A DNA stretch of 64,000 nt from Desulfomonilia bacterium (GCA_963664325.2 CAXXDQ010000003.1:256001-320000); one strand, 5' to 3'; positions 9,879-19,250 are shown, counted from the first letter of the stretch. The notes: generated by a model not told the origin, from the letters alone. Program-made: numbers and translations.

Positions 9879-11229
9879 ATGCAAAAAGGCAAGTATGACT
9901 TGTTTATAATCGGCGCAGGACCCGGCGGATATACTGCTGCGATACTGGCCTCAAAAAAAGGGCTCAAAGTCGGATTAGCCGAGGCGGGTAAAACGGGCGG
10001 AACCTGCACAAATCTGGGATGCATCCCGACAAAGAGTTATATTGAAAGCGTTAAACTGTTTGCTGGAATAAGGAATGCATCAAGGTTCGGCCTTGAAGCG
10101 GAAATAAAACCTTTAAACCTTGAGAACATCTTCAACCGTAAAGAGAGGATTATTACAAGGCTGTCAAAAGGCATTGAGTTCCTCTTGAAGACAAATGGTG
10201 TAGAGCTCATAAAAGGTGCTGCCACCATTACCGGACGGAATGAAGCGATGATTGGTAATGAGATTTATAATTTCGACAATCTGATCATATCGACAGGTTC
10301 CGGGCCGAAGCCGTGCCCGTTCGATGTCCCCGGAATATGGACCAGCAACGAGGCGCTGTCGGTTAAAATAATACCGCAGTCCCTGCTGATTGTAGGCGGC
10401 GGTGTCATAGGCATGGAAATGGCCGGTATTTTTTCATCTATGGGTGTTAATGTTACTGTTGTCGAAGCGCTGGAGAGAATATTGCCAGGGGAGGAGCCGG
10501 ATGCCTCGCAGTTCCTGGTCAAGGTAATGAGAAATGTCCGCTTCATGACTTCCTCTATTGTCAAAGGGATCGAAAAAGGAGAATGGTACAAAACCAGTAT
10601 TTTATCAGGCGAAAAGATCGAGATGATAGAAACAGAAAAAGTCCTGTGGTGCACAGGACGGTCGCCGGTCGTACCTGTTGGCGTGGAGAATCTAGGGATA
10701 GAAAGGCATGCCTCGGGCGGTATAAAAGTGGACAAAGGGATGAAGACTTCCGTTCCATGTGTATACGCAATAGGAGACGCAACGGGAGAATGGATGCTTG
10801 CCTATATTGCATCAAGGGAAGCGGAAGTGGCCCTTGAAAATATCATGGGCGGGGATGCTCTGATGGATTATTCATGTGTGCCGTCGATAATATTTACAAG
10901 CCCTGAAATAGCATCGGTCGGTAATATGCACCATGATGCTACCGGATTGATAAAGGGGACATTCCCTGTGTCGGCGCTAGGAAGGGCCAGGACTGCTGAA
11001 GCCAATGACGGATTTGCAAATGTCTATACAGATGAGAAAGGCAGGCTGGTAAGAGTGACCATTGCCGCCCCCCCATGCAACCGACCTTATTGCATGGGCA
11101 AGTCTCGCGGTCGGAAGGTGCATGACTGTCCAGGAATTTCTTGAACCGGTGTATACGCATCCGACGTTCTCCGAACTTATTAAAGAGGCTGCTGAGGATA
11201 CTCTTGGACTGAGCGTTCACAAAGGATAG
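9879..11229 (+). CDS. lpdA: Dihydrolipoamide dehydrogenase with one frameshift in a C7 run at 11068-11074
   Basis: GAGPGGY, redox disulfide GGTCTNLGCIP, GGGVIGME. Removing one C restores ...APHATDLI...YTHPTFSELIKEAAE...HKG* (HPTxSE motif), ending at TAG 11227-11229. Confidence 0.9.
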
Positions 11230-11235
11230 CAAGCG

Positions 11236-11709
11236 GTGGAAGGGATGATAAAAGGTGTTGTGATATCTGTTAATACCAGCCTTTTAAAAGGCGAGAAAAA
11301 GTCCCCGGTTGGCAAGGCTCACATTGTACCCTGTCTCGGTATTGAGGGGGATGCCCATGCAGGCCCCGGAGACAGGCAGATAAGCCTTCTAGCATGGGAA
11401 AGCATCGAGAAGATGAGGGAAAAAGGGTATGATGCAAAAAACGGTGATTTTGCCGAAAACCTTACGATTAAAGGTATACTTCTCTGGGAACTGAAACCCG
11501 GGGATGAACTGAAAGTCGGCAGTAAAGTTGTTTTGCGGATAACCCGGATCGGAAAAATATGCCACCAGCGCTGCAGTATCTATTATCAGGTGGGTGATTG
11601 TGTAATGCCGAAGGAAGGAGTTTTTGCAGAAGTTGCAAACGGGGGTGTTGTCAAATCCGGTGATCCCGTAGAATTAATAAATAATGATGATAAACGTATT
11701 GCTGTTTAA
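11236..11709 (+). CDS. MOSC domain-containing protein
   Basis: GIEGDAHAG...RQISLL, GDFAENLT, IGKICHQRC...CVMPKEGVFAEV. Confidence 0.9.
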   Translation: MEGMIKGVVISVNTSLLKGEKKSPVGKAHIVPCLGIEGDAHAGPGDRQISLLAWESIEKMREKGYDAKNGDFAENLTIKGILLWELKPGDELKVGSKVVLRITRIGKICHQRCSIYYQVGDCVMPKEGVFAEVANGGVVKSGDPVELINNDDKRIAV

Positions 11710-11741
11710 GTTTGTACAGTCATTCTGACGTAATGTTTTAA

Positions 11742-14249
11742 ATGAATAAAATTATCCTTACCGGCCTTATAGTTATCCTGTGTTGCAGTGATGCCTTCGC
11801 ACTGAAATCAATGGAAAAAGACGGTGTTTATTTGTACTATCCAGAGGAAGAAGAGGCCTTGGCTGCATCCCTGATGACAAAGCTTGACCCGATAATGGAT
11901 TTTCTTAAGTCATACAGCCTTAGCGTCCCAAAACCACTGCATGTGATAATCGATGAAAAAAAAGATTATCCCGGAGTGGACGTACATGTGATCCCCCATT
12001 ACGAGATCCGCATTCCGATCAAGGCCCCAGGCGTACTGGATGAAGGGTATATGGAAGAAGACCCCTGGGGTTATTTCCTGTTTAAGGGGATGTGCCTTCA
12101 GTCGATATATACAATCAGGTCGGGTTTGCCGGATGCGTTGCATTATGTGTTTGGCGAAGTAATGTCGCCGAACGGTATTATGGCCCCATGGTTCGACGAG
12201 GGTTTTTCAAGCCTCATGTACAAGCTGTATTGCGGCAGGCCGGTTCAGGATCCATATGACAAGGCGATATTCATGGCATCGCTGAAGCCTGATATCGCCA
12301 AACTGAGCAATCATCCCGGGATATGGCCCGGCCATTATGCCTACAGGATTTTCGGGAGGCCCTTTATCGAATGGGTATATGGCAAGTACGGGATGAACAG
12401 GCTGATGGATTTCATAAGGGTACATGGAAATGGTATTATTCCTCTTGAGATTGATCTGAAGGCGAGGGAGGTCTTTGGCAAAACCTGGCATGAGATGTGG
12501 GAAGATTTTATGGGAGAATCCGCCAGGGATTCCGATGATGCGGCAGGCATATTTATCCAGGGATACTGGCCTGAACCTTTTATCTACTGGAATAATTCGG
12601 GTGTGTACCCCGGTGTGGAAAGAAATTCCGTATGCGGCAGGTACGGATACAGAAATACAAGAGGAACAGTATGGCTTCAGGAATATGACTGGGAGGAAAA
12701 ATCACGCATCGTTGCATATATGGACGGGATTTCCAGGATTACCGAGGTCAAGCATGTATGGGATGCGGGACCGGGTGACGTTGCGGTTACCAGAAAAGGC
12801 CATGTCCCGTATCTCATTGATCTTAAATCGAAGGATATCCTCGGCATAGAGACGTTGATCAGAAGCTCCGAGTTCATACCTGGACCCCCGGGGGCTATAC
12901 AGATGTCAGGTCCGGTCAGGGATGCCAGGGGAAGGATTGCCGTTTCCGCCAATGTAAAAGGGAACTGGGATATATGGGTCTATGATAAAAGCTGGACCCG
13001 AATGACGGATTCGCCTTCGACAGAGATGGACCCATGGTGGGATGGCGAGACGCTTGTATATGCCTCCGATTCGTCAGGCAAATTCCAGATATATACGCCG
13101 GGAACGGTTCAGCTGACTGACACCCCGCATGGTGCCGTCATGCCCAGGGGGGGCAAGTATCTGAGCCTGATGCATAACGGTTGGAGGATGGAGAGTTACA
13201 AAATCAGCGAGGAGACCGGCAACAAAATACTTTCTCTTCAACCGACAAGCCCGGAAAGCATATCTCCGGATGCCGATAAAGGAAATAAATACAATCCTTT
13301 TAACAGCCTGTTTCCCAACTGGATGATACCGGATTTCTATGCCGATTTATCCGACGTGCAGATCGGCCTGGTTACGTACAGCAGGGATGTCTCGACAGAC
13401 TATACGTTAAACGGCGGGTTCAGGTATTCATTCTACGAGAACTATCTTAGCGCAAGGCTTGGCGGAAGCGCAAAAGGCCTCGATATAAACCTGTCAAGAT
13501 ACCCTCTTGATTATTCCTCTGATATTGCTGACGTCGACGAATCAAGGCTTGAGGGCAAGCTTGCATACCGTCCTTTCAACAACAGATGGTTTGAACTCTC
13601 ATGTAACTGGCTGGGCTGGGAAGAGCGTGAATTTGACGATGTCAATGGTGAAGACATCTGGGGGGCTGTCAGCATTAATAAGATTTTCGGAAGCCTTGGA
13701 ACATCCCTGACCTATGAACACTATTCCGGTGGCATGAACTCCGCCTATGCGAGCTTCAGGCTGAAAGAAGGGAAAGAGATATTCAGTGTGTTCAGCCTGA
13801 GTGCGGCAAGAACATGGGGTGATTATGAACCGGGACACGGTTCTTTCAGAATGGGAGGGGATGTAGGAGAAGGATATTTTACCAGAAGACCGTCAAGACT
13901 TTATCCTTTAAGGGGGTTTCCATCCAACACTTTTGAGGCCGGTCAAGCGTATACAGCAGGGGCCGAGGTCTATTGGCCGATCGCTAACATTCAGAAGGGC
14001 TACAAGACAATACCACTTTTCCTGCACAGGCTCAAACTGGGAACATTTGTGGACAGCGGCATATGTTCTGATGAGGTATCTACGGATGACATTGCTTTAG
14101 GGGCTGGTATTGAACTGGTCACATCCATGGAAGTTGCTTGGGGGGTAATGACGGAATTCAGGTTCGGGATAGCCTTGCCGGTTGTCAAACCTGATTATAT
14201 AGACAGTGCTGGGTATGTGATCTTATTACAGATAGGCCGGCCTCTTTAA
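11742..14249 (+). CDS. Secreted/outer-membrane protein: degenerate gluzincin-like N-domain, TolB/PD40-like repeats, Omp85-like C-terminal barrel
   Basis: Signal peptide; PWFDEG motif; GNWDIWVY...EMDPWWDG...YASDSSGKFQIY repeats; C-terminal PLRGF, FVDSG, GAGIEL and RFGIA beta-strand patterns. Confidence 0.65.
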   Translation: MNKIILTGLIVILCCSDAFALKSMEKDGVYLYYPEEEEALAASLMTKLDPIMDFLKSYSLSVPKPLHVIIDEKKDYPGVDVHVIPHYEIRIPIKAPGVLDEGYMEEDPWGYFLFKGMCLQSIYTIRSGLPDALHYVFGEVMSPNGIMAPWFDEGFSSLMYKLYCGRPVQDPYDKAIFMASLKPDIAKLSNHPGIWPGHYAYRIFGRPFIEWVYGKYGMNRLMDFIRVHGNGIIPLEIDLKAREVFGKTWHEMWEDFMGESARDSDDAAGIFIQGYWPEPFIYWNNSGVYPGVERNSVCGRYGYRNTRGTVWLQEYDWEEKSRIVAYMDGISRITEVKHVWDAGPGDVAVTRKGHVPYLIDLKSKDILGIETLIRSSEFIPGPPGAIQMSGPVRDARGRIAVSANVKGNWDIWVYDKSWTRMTDSPSTEMDPWWDGETLVYASDSSGKFQIYTPGTVQLTDTPHGAVMPRGGKYLSLMHNGWRMESYKISEETGNKILSLQPTSPESISPDADKGNKYNPFNSLFPNWMIPDFYADLSDVQIGLVTYSRDVSTDYTLNGGFRYSFYENYLSARLGGSAKGLDINLSRYPLDYSSDIADVDESRLEGKLAYRPFNNRWFELSCNWLGWEEREFDDVNGEDIWGAVSINKIFGSLGTSLTYEHYSGGMNSAYASFRLKEGKEIFSVFSLSAARTWGDYEPGHGSFRMGGDVGEGYFTRRPSRLYPLRGFPSNTFEAGQAYTAGAEVYWPIANIQKGYKTIPLFLHRLKLGTFVDSGICSDEVSTDDIALGAGIELVTSMEVAWGVMTEFRFGIALPVVKPDYIDSAGYVILLQIGRPL

Positions 14250-14457
14250 TTGGAATACGCAGACTATTTCCTAATTTGTTGAATGCGGCCATTTCAAGGC
14301 CTCCCAGGCTGATTTTAGCGAAATGAATGGTATATGGCGCTTAGTTATAAGAAAGAACAAATTTAAAGAATCTGTTTCTGTTGATTAATCCATTATTTTA
14401 TCTGCCGGCCGGAATTCACTGACACCGGTTTTGCACCTATCAGACCGTCTCAGGGTA

Positions 14458-14700
14458 TCAGACTTCAATCTCTTTAAGGATTTCTTTTAGCCCTTTTTTA
14501 ATCTGTTTTGTATCTTCCTTTTTTTGAAGAAACTGTCTTTCCAGATCATCATGCCTTTTTGTTAGCTTACCCAGTTCCTGCCTGATGGATGCCAGTTCAT
14601 CATTCAGTTTTTTAATTTCGCCGTTAAGATCGACTTCGCTTGATATATCATCAACGAGTGAGAACAGATCGGTTACCTTCTGTTTTGTCTTAGAGTCCAT
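14458..14700 (-). CDS. Small coiled-coil protein, last gene of the Pom-like operon
   Basis: 80 aa with heptad pattern (IKKLNDELASIRQELGKLTKRHDDLERQF); RBS GGGAGG; overlaps the end of the upstream gene. Confidence 0.7.
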   Translation of the reverse strand: MDSKTKQKVTDLFSLVDDISSEVDLNGEIKKLNDELASIRQELGKLTKRHDDLERQFLQKKEDTKQIKKGLKEILKEIEV

Positions 14701-15505
14701 AGGCCTCCCGCTTTGCCTTTAGCCTTATCTGTGCCAGGGACGCATGCACCTGTTCCAGAGTTGATTTAAGTTCAACAATCTCATCTTCAAGCGGCATGCG
14801 TTTATTGTTTTCTTCTTCCAGAAGGGATTCAAGCTTCTTGATCCTCTGATATGAGGCTTTGAGGTCTCTTTCAAGAATGGAGGCCTTGACGTCGAGCAGG
14901 GCCTTGTCTTTGACCTCGCTTTCAATCTTTGCTAACCTTTCCTCCAGATCCTGCTTAAGAGATATCTGTTCGTTTAAAGCCTTATCTTTTTCGCTGATAA
15001 TCGTAAGCAGCCCCTGTATGTAAAGGTTGGCATCCTGAAGCTGTTCATTAAGGAAATCGATCTCCCTGTTCAGATGACTGGCTGATGTTGCAGCGCTTTG
15101 AAGGGCGGACAACTGCTGGTTCAGTTCAAGATTTTCCTTGAGAGCGTCTTCAAGGGCATGGTCTTTAAGACCTAGCAAACGATTTGCCTCCTTCTTTTCT
15201 ATAATCATGCTGGTAAACTGGGAATCGATTTCTTTTAATGTCTTTTCCGTATGTTTTATTCCTGCAGGAATCATCTTGTCAGGGCGCTGTAGCTGTGTTT
15301 CAAGTTTAATTTCCACAGGTTCATTTTCATAGGTATAACTTTCTGTTTCCTGCTGCTCGAAGTTTTGAATTTCAATTGTTGCAGGTTCCATTTCTTCAGT
15401 TCTTGAGGTTAATTGAACAGGGTTAATGTTCCATGGTCTGTTTGGTCTGACTTTCTGGATTTTCGGCATTTTTTCCGCAACATTTTTATCAAAGCCGTCT
15501 TTCAT
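14690..15505 (-). CDS. pomX: PomX-like protein: N-terminal ParA-activating peptide plus long C-terminal coiled coil
   Basis: N-terminus MKDGFDKNVAEKMPKIQK aligns without gaps to the M. xanthus PomX N-peptide as I recall it (MKKAFEQNVSRAKPRLR); acidic linker, then about 170 aa of coiled coil; directly downstream of the PomZ-like ATPase. Confidence 0.65.
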   Translation of the reverse strand: MKDGFDKNVAEKMPKIQKVRPNRPWNINPVQLTSRTEEMEPATIEIQNFEQQETESYTYENEPVEIKLETQLQRPDKMIPAGIKHTEKTLKEIDSQFTSMIIEKKEANRLLGLKDHALEDALKENLELNQQLSALQSAATSASHLNREIDFLNEQLQDANLYIQGLLTIISEKDKALNEQISLKQDLEERLAKIESEVKDKALLDVKASILERDLKASYQRIKKLESLLEEENNKRMPLEDEIVELKSTLEQVHASLAQIRLKAKREAYGL

Positions 15506-15579
15506 TACACGCTCCCTTTTATTAAGATTATATCGCTTAAGCTTAATATTTTACATTCAGTCATTATAATACCAGGTTC

Positions 15580-16539
15580 TTAAAAAACAATCGGCAGTTC
15601 AGGAAAAATTTCCTTAATCATGGAGTCGATATCGGATGCGCCCCTGCCCTTGGAAGTATATAAATGTATTGGAAGCCCCATACTGGCTGCCTCTGCCATT
15701 TTTGTATCCTGCCTGACAATGGTGCCGAGAAGGTAATCGCTGTAATGCTCTTTCAGGGCTTCTTTTGCCCGCTGGCAAATATTTAAGGCCGCATTATAGT
15801 GATTTATGATTATATGGATGCTGTCTAATATAAAATCAAAATCTTCTTCTATTCCGGAAAGTGTTTCAAAGAGAATCTTGAGGCCGTGATAGGAAAGAAA
15901 ATCTGCCAGGACGGGTACAAACAGGTCTGTGCTTGCAAGAATGCCGTTAAGGTTTAACAGGCCGATTGAAGGAGACGCATCCATTACGATAACGTCATAC
16001 TGATCCTGAACTGTGGCAAGACTCTTTTTAAGCCTCAATTCCCGTGCATTCATCGATGTCAGTGCAAGTTCAACAGGAGACAGGTCGAGGGTTGCCGGAA
16101 TAAGCTTGAGATTGGACATAGGGGTATCGATTATTACATCTTTTATATCCATGCGTTCGATCAGTACATTATAGAGAGTCGCCTCAAAATGATCTGAAGA
16201 TATGCCAAGACATTGCGTAAGATGACCTTGCGGGTCGAGGTCTATCAGAAGGACTTTCATACCGAGATGTGCAAGCCTGAATGCATAAAAGGCAGACAAT
16301 GTTGTTTTACCCGTGCCTCCCTTGAAGTTCAGAAAAATCTGCCGCTTTTTCATTTTCAACAATGGGCCTTTGCCAAGCCTGTCAAGATAAAGAGGTATGT
16401 CATGCGGCCAGTAATAACGTATACCGTCAATTAGTGTTGGCTCCGGGAACATGCCCTCGGATTCCATTTTTTTATGCTGCGACTTTGATATTCCTATTAG
16501 TCTGGCAAAATCCTTTGCTGTGTATTTGGGCTGATTCAT
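15580..16539 (-). CDS. pomZ: ParA/MinD-family ATPase with N-terminal HTH, PomZ-like
   Basis: RQIFLNFKGGTGKT deviant Walker A, LIDLDPQG, DLFVPVLADFLSYHGLKILFET (near-identical to the PomZ segment as recalled), MerR-like N-terminus YTAKDFARLIGIS. ATG at 16539 overlaps the upstream stop (TAATG). Confidence 0.85.
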   Translation of the reverse strand: MNQPKYTAKDFARLIGISKSQHKKMESEGMFPEPTLIDGIRYYWPHDIPLYLDRLGKGPLLKMKKRQIFLNFKGGTGKTTLSAFYAFRLAHLGMKVLLIDLDPQGHLTQCLGISSDHFEATLYNVLIERMDIKDVIIDTPMSNLKLIPATLDLSPVELALTSMNARELRLKKSLATVQDQYDVIVMDASPSIGLLNLNGILASTDLFVPVLADFLSYHGLKILFETLSGIEEDFDFILDSIHIIINHYNAALNICQRAKEALKEHYSDYLLGTIVRQDTKMAEAASMGLPIHLYTSKGRGASDIDSMIKEIFPELPIVF

Positions 16540-17189
16540 TATATATCCTTGATAATTTTCCACCAGCCCTGCCACTTGGCTACTATCCAGGAAAGTTCAT
16601 CATCGGTTGCGCCGGATGGATTGCCGAAGTCTTCGCCGGTTATCTTTTTCAGCGTGCAGATAGCCTGTATTTTTACTTCGGCATCTTTATCCTTAAGTGC
16701 GTCGATAATATTTCCGGCATCATTTTTTCTTCCCCATACGCTGGTAAGTTTAAGTGCGTCTTTTCTAACTTTCGAGTCTTCGTCCTTGACAGCGATGTGC
16801 ATTATTGAACTCAGACTTGATCTGTCATTCATCCATGAGAGGTAGCTGATTACCCTTCTTCTTACATAGGGGTCATGATCATTCAGCCAGGCTATTCCTT
16901 CGCTAGGTTTGAACGAACCGTTTCTGAACAGGTATCTTATTGACTGGCAACGAATATTCGGGTCCTTTTCTTTGGTGCCTTTGTAAAACACCTTTGTAAA
17001 ATCGCCCGGTGTATCGAAAAGGATGTCATAGATTATTGTTGCAGTATCTCTATCGACTGATTCCAAGGCCTCAAGTATCATATTTTGCGATGTTTTTCCA
17101 TGCTGTGCCAGGGCTTTTACAGCAAGCCTTTTTATCTCAGGGTTGCTGTCCTTTAGATCCTGTAGGATATCATTCATATTTAATTTCAA
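16539..17189 (-). CDS. HEAT-repeat protein in the pomY position
   Basis: Repeated LKDSNPEIKRLAVKAL / LNDHDPYVRRRVISYL / KDEDSKVRKDALK / LKDKDAEVKIQAICTL. TTG start 8 nt after AGGAGG; the ORF track starts at 17237. Confidence 0.8.
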   Translation of the reverse strand: MKLNMNDILQDLKDSNPEIKRLAVKALAQHGKTSQNMILEALESVDRDTATIIYDILFDTPGDFTKVFYKGTKEKDPNIRCQSIRYLFRNGSFKPSEGIAWLNDHDPYVRRRVISYLSWMNDRSSLSSIMHIAVKDEDSKVRKDALKLTSVWGRKNDAGNIIDALKDKDAEVKIQAICTLKKITGEDFGNPSGATDDELSWIVAKWQGWWKIIKDI

Positions 17190-17276
17190 GAAATTTTCCT
17201 CCTGCCTGAACATTGTAAGTATAAATGGGAAAAACAAAGGTAGTCAAGCCATTCATTGTAATGATATTTGTATAAT

Positions 17277-19232
17277 ATGAATGTGGCCGAAGTCGTAGTT
17301 TTTTCTGGTATGCCTAAAGTACTGTCATACAGGATTCCCGCTGATATGTATATTTGTGCGGGCATGAGGGTAAATGTTCCCCTTAGAAATTCCATCAAAA
17401 CGGGATTGGTTATTGATATAAAGGAAGGAGAGAATGAAGGATTAAGAGATATAAACGAATCACTCGACTCGATTCCTCTTATACAGCAAGATATAATCGA
17501 TTTGCTTGTCTGGACTTCGAGATATTATCATGCCCCGATAGGTGCTTGTATGCAGCTTGCATTTCCTCCTCTAATCAGAAAGGGTATAGATGCAGGAAAA
17601 ATATCTGCCAAGCAATCAATGCAGGACAGGAATATTGAAAGTCCTCCGAAACATACCAAAGAACAGGCACATGCTATTGAAACGATATGTCCTTTGATTG
17701 AAAGAAAACGTTTTCATGTTGTTGTACTCCATGGTGTGACAGGTTCAGGAAAAACCGAGGTATACATTGAGGCGGCAGTAAAAACTCTCTCAATGGGCGG
17801 TTCGGTTATTTATATGGTTCCGGAAATTGCCTTGACACCACAGACCATTCACCGGATAAACAGCAGGATTCCTTTTGAATCGGCAGTGTTTCATTCAGGA
17901 CTTAGTCCGAATGACAGGTCAAGGGAGTTTATCAGAGTCACATCTGGAAAGGTCAGATTTGTAATCGGAACCAGATCGGCAATTTTTGCCCCCTTAAAGG
18001 ATATCGGTCTTATTATTGTCGATGAGGAACATGACCAGAGCTATAAACAGTCCGATGGCGTAACATATAATGCAAGGGACCTTGCTATTATGAGAGCCAG
18101 CAAAACCGGTGCAGTCGTAATTCTCGGTTCTGCGACTCCCAGCATTGAGACATATGAGAGAACCCAGAAGACTAGTCATACACTTATTACCATAAAGGAA
18201 AGGGCGGGAAATGCCTCGCTTCCGAAGATATCCGTTATTGATATGCGGGGACGCAGTGAGGTTATTTCACAAGAACTCGTTACGGCTATAAACGAAACCC
18301 TTGAGAAAAACCAGCAGGCACTTCTTTTTCTTAACAGACGAGGATTTTCTTCCGTCATGATCTGCCCAGGGTGCGGTAAGGTGCTGGAATGCAGGAGGTG
18401 TTCAAGAGGGCTAACCTATCACAAATCCAGACAGCATGCGATATGCCATTATTGCGGACATATCCAGGCTGTACCGGAGATATGCCCTAATTGCGGATGT
18501 ATTGAAATGAAACATGTCGGGCTGGGTGTAGAAAGAATAATTGAGGAGATTGAAGGACTAATTCCCGGTGCAAGACTACTGCAGATGGATTCGGATAAAA
18601 TAGATACAAATTACAGGCTTAACAGAGCACTGAAAGCCATATCAGACAAGGAAATCGACATAATTGTCGGGACCCAGATGATTTCAAAAGGGCATGATTT
18701 CCCCGATCTTACTCTTGTCGGTATCATACATGCCGAACAGCTGCTTTATATGCCTGATTTCAGGGCAGCTGAAAGGACCTTCCAGCAGGTTGTCCAGGTT
18801 GCAGGAAGGGCCGGCAGGAAAATGCCTGATACAACAGTGATCCTTCAAACGCTGATACCCGAGCATCCTATTATGGGTTTTATATCCGGGCATGACTATT
18901 CATCTATGATTTCTTTTGAAGCAAGGGTCAGAAAAAAGACCGGATTCCCACCGTTCAGATACATGGCCAGATGTATCTTTTCTTCTCAAAAAGAAAATGA
19001 ACCTGAAGAATATGCAAGTAGGACATCGAAAAAACTTAAGGAATACGGAGTCAGTATTTTAGGACCAACGCCGGCCCCCATAGAGATGCTCAGAAATTCC
19101 TACCGATGGAATTTCTTTGTGTTATCTGGAAACAGAAGCAGACTGCATTTATGCCTTGATAATTTAGGAAAGATGAAGTTTCCTTCATCACTCAAAATCA
19201 AGATAGATATAGACCCTTATGATATGCTTTGA
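17277..19232 (+). CDS. priA: Primosomal protein N' (replication restart helicase)
   Basis: HGVTGSGKTEVY, VPEIALTPQ, IVDEEHD, GSATPS, four CxxC pairs, GTQMISKGHDFP, QVAGRAGR. Confidence 0.96.
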   Translation: MNVAEVVVFSGMPKVLSYRIPADMYICAGMRVNVPLRNSIKTGLVIDIKEGENEGLRDINESLDSIPLIQQDIIDLLVWTSRYYHAPIGACMQLAFPPLIRKGIDAGKISAKQSMQDRNIESPPKHTKEQAHAIETICPLIERKRFHVVVLHGVTGSGKTEVYIEAAVKTLSMGGSVIYMVPEIALTPQTIHRINSRIPFESAVFHSGLSPNDRSREFIRVTSGKVRFVIGTRSAIFAPLKDIGLIIVDEEHDQSYKQSDGVTYNARDLAIMRASKTGAVVILGSATPSIETYERTQKTSHTLITIKERAGNASLPKISVIDMRGRSEVISQELVTAINETLEKNQQALLFLNRRGFSSVMICPGCGKVLECRRCSRGLTYHKSRQHAICHYCGHIQAVPEICPNCGCIEMKHVGLGVERIIEEIEGLIPGARLLQMDSDKIDTNYRLNRALKAISDKEIDIIVGTQMISKGHDFPDLTLVGIIHAEQLLYMPDFRAAERTFQQVVQVAGRAGRKMPDTTVILQTLIPEHPIMGFISGHDYSSMISFEARVRKKTGFPPFRYMARCIFSSQKENEPEEYASRTSKKLKEYGVSILGPTPAPIEMLRNSYRWNFFVLSGNRSRLHLCLDNLGKMKFPSSLKIKIDIDPYDML

Positions 19233-19250
19233 TAATCTGGATATTTAGAT

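Noticed and set aside
14250-14457. Possible ncRNA (for example 6S RNA) downstream of the small coiled-coil gene
   Set aside because: I could not find the long end-to-end pairing or recognisable conserved motifs; an Rfam/Infernal search would be needed.
15580-16539. ParA as a sign of a plasmid, prophage or the chromosomal parAB locus
   Set aside because: No parB, replication, integrase or phage genes are nearby, the flanks are housekeeping genes, and the sequence fits PomZ better.
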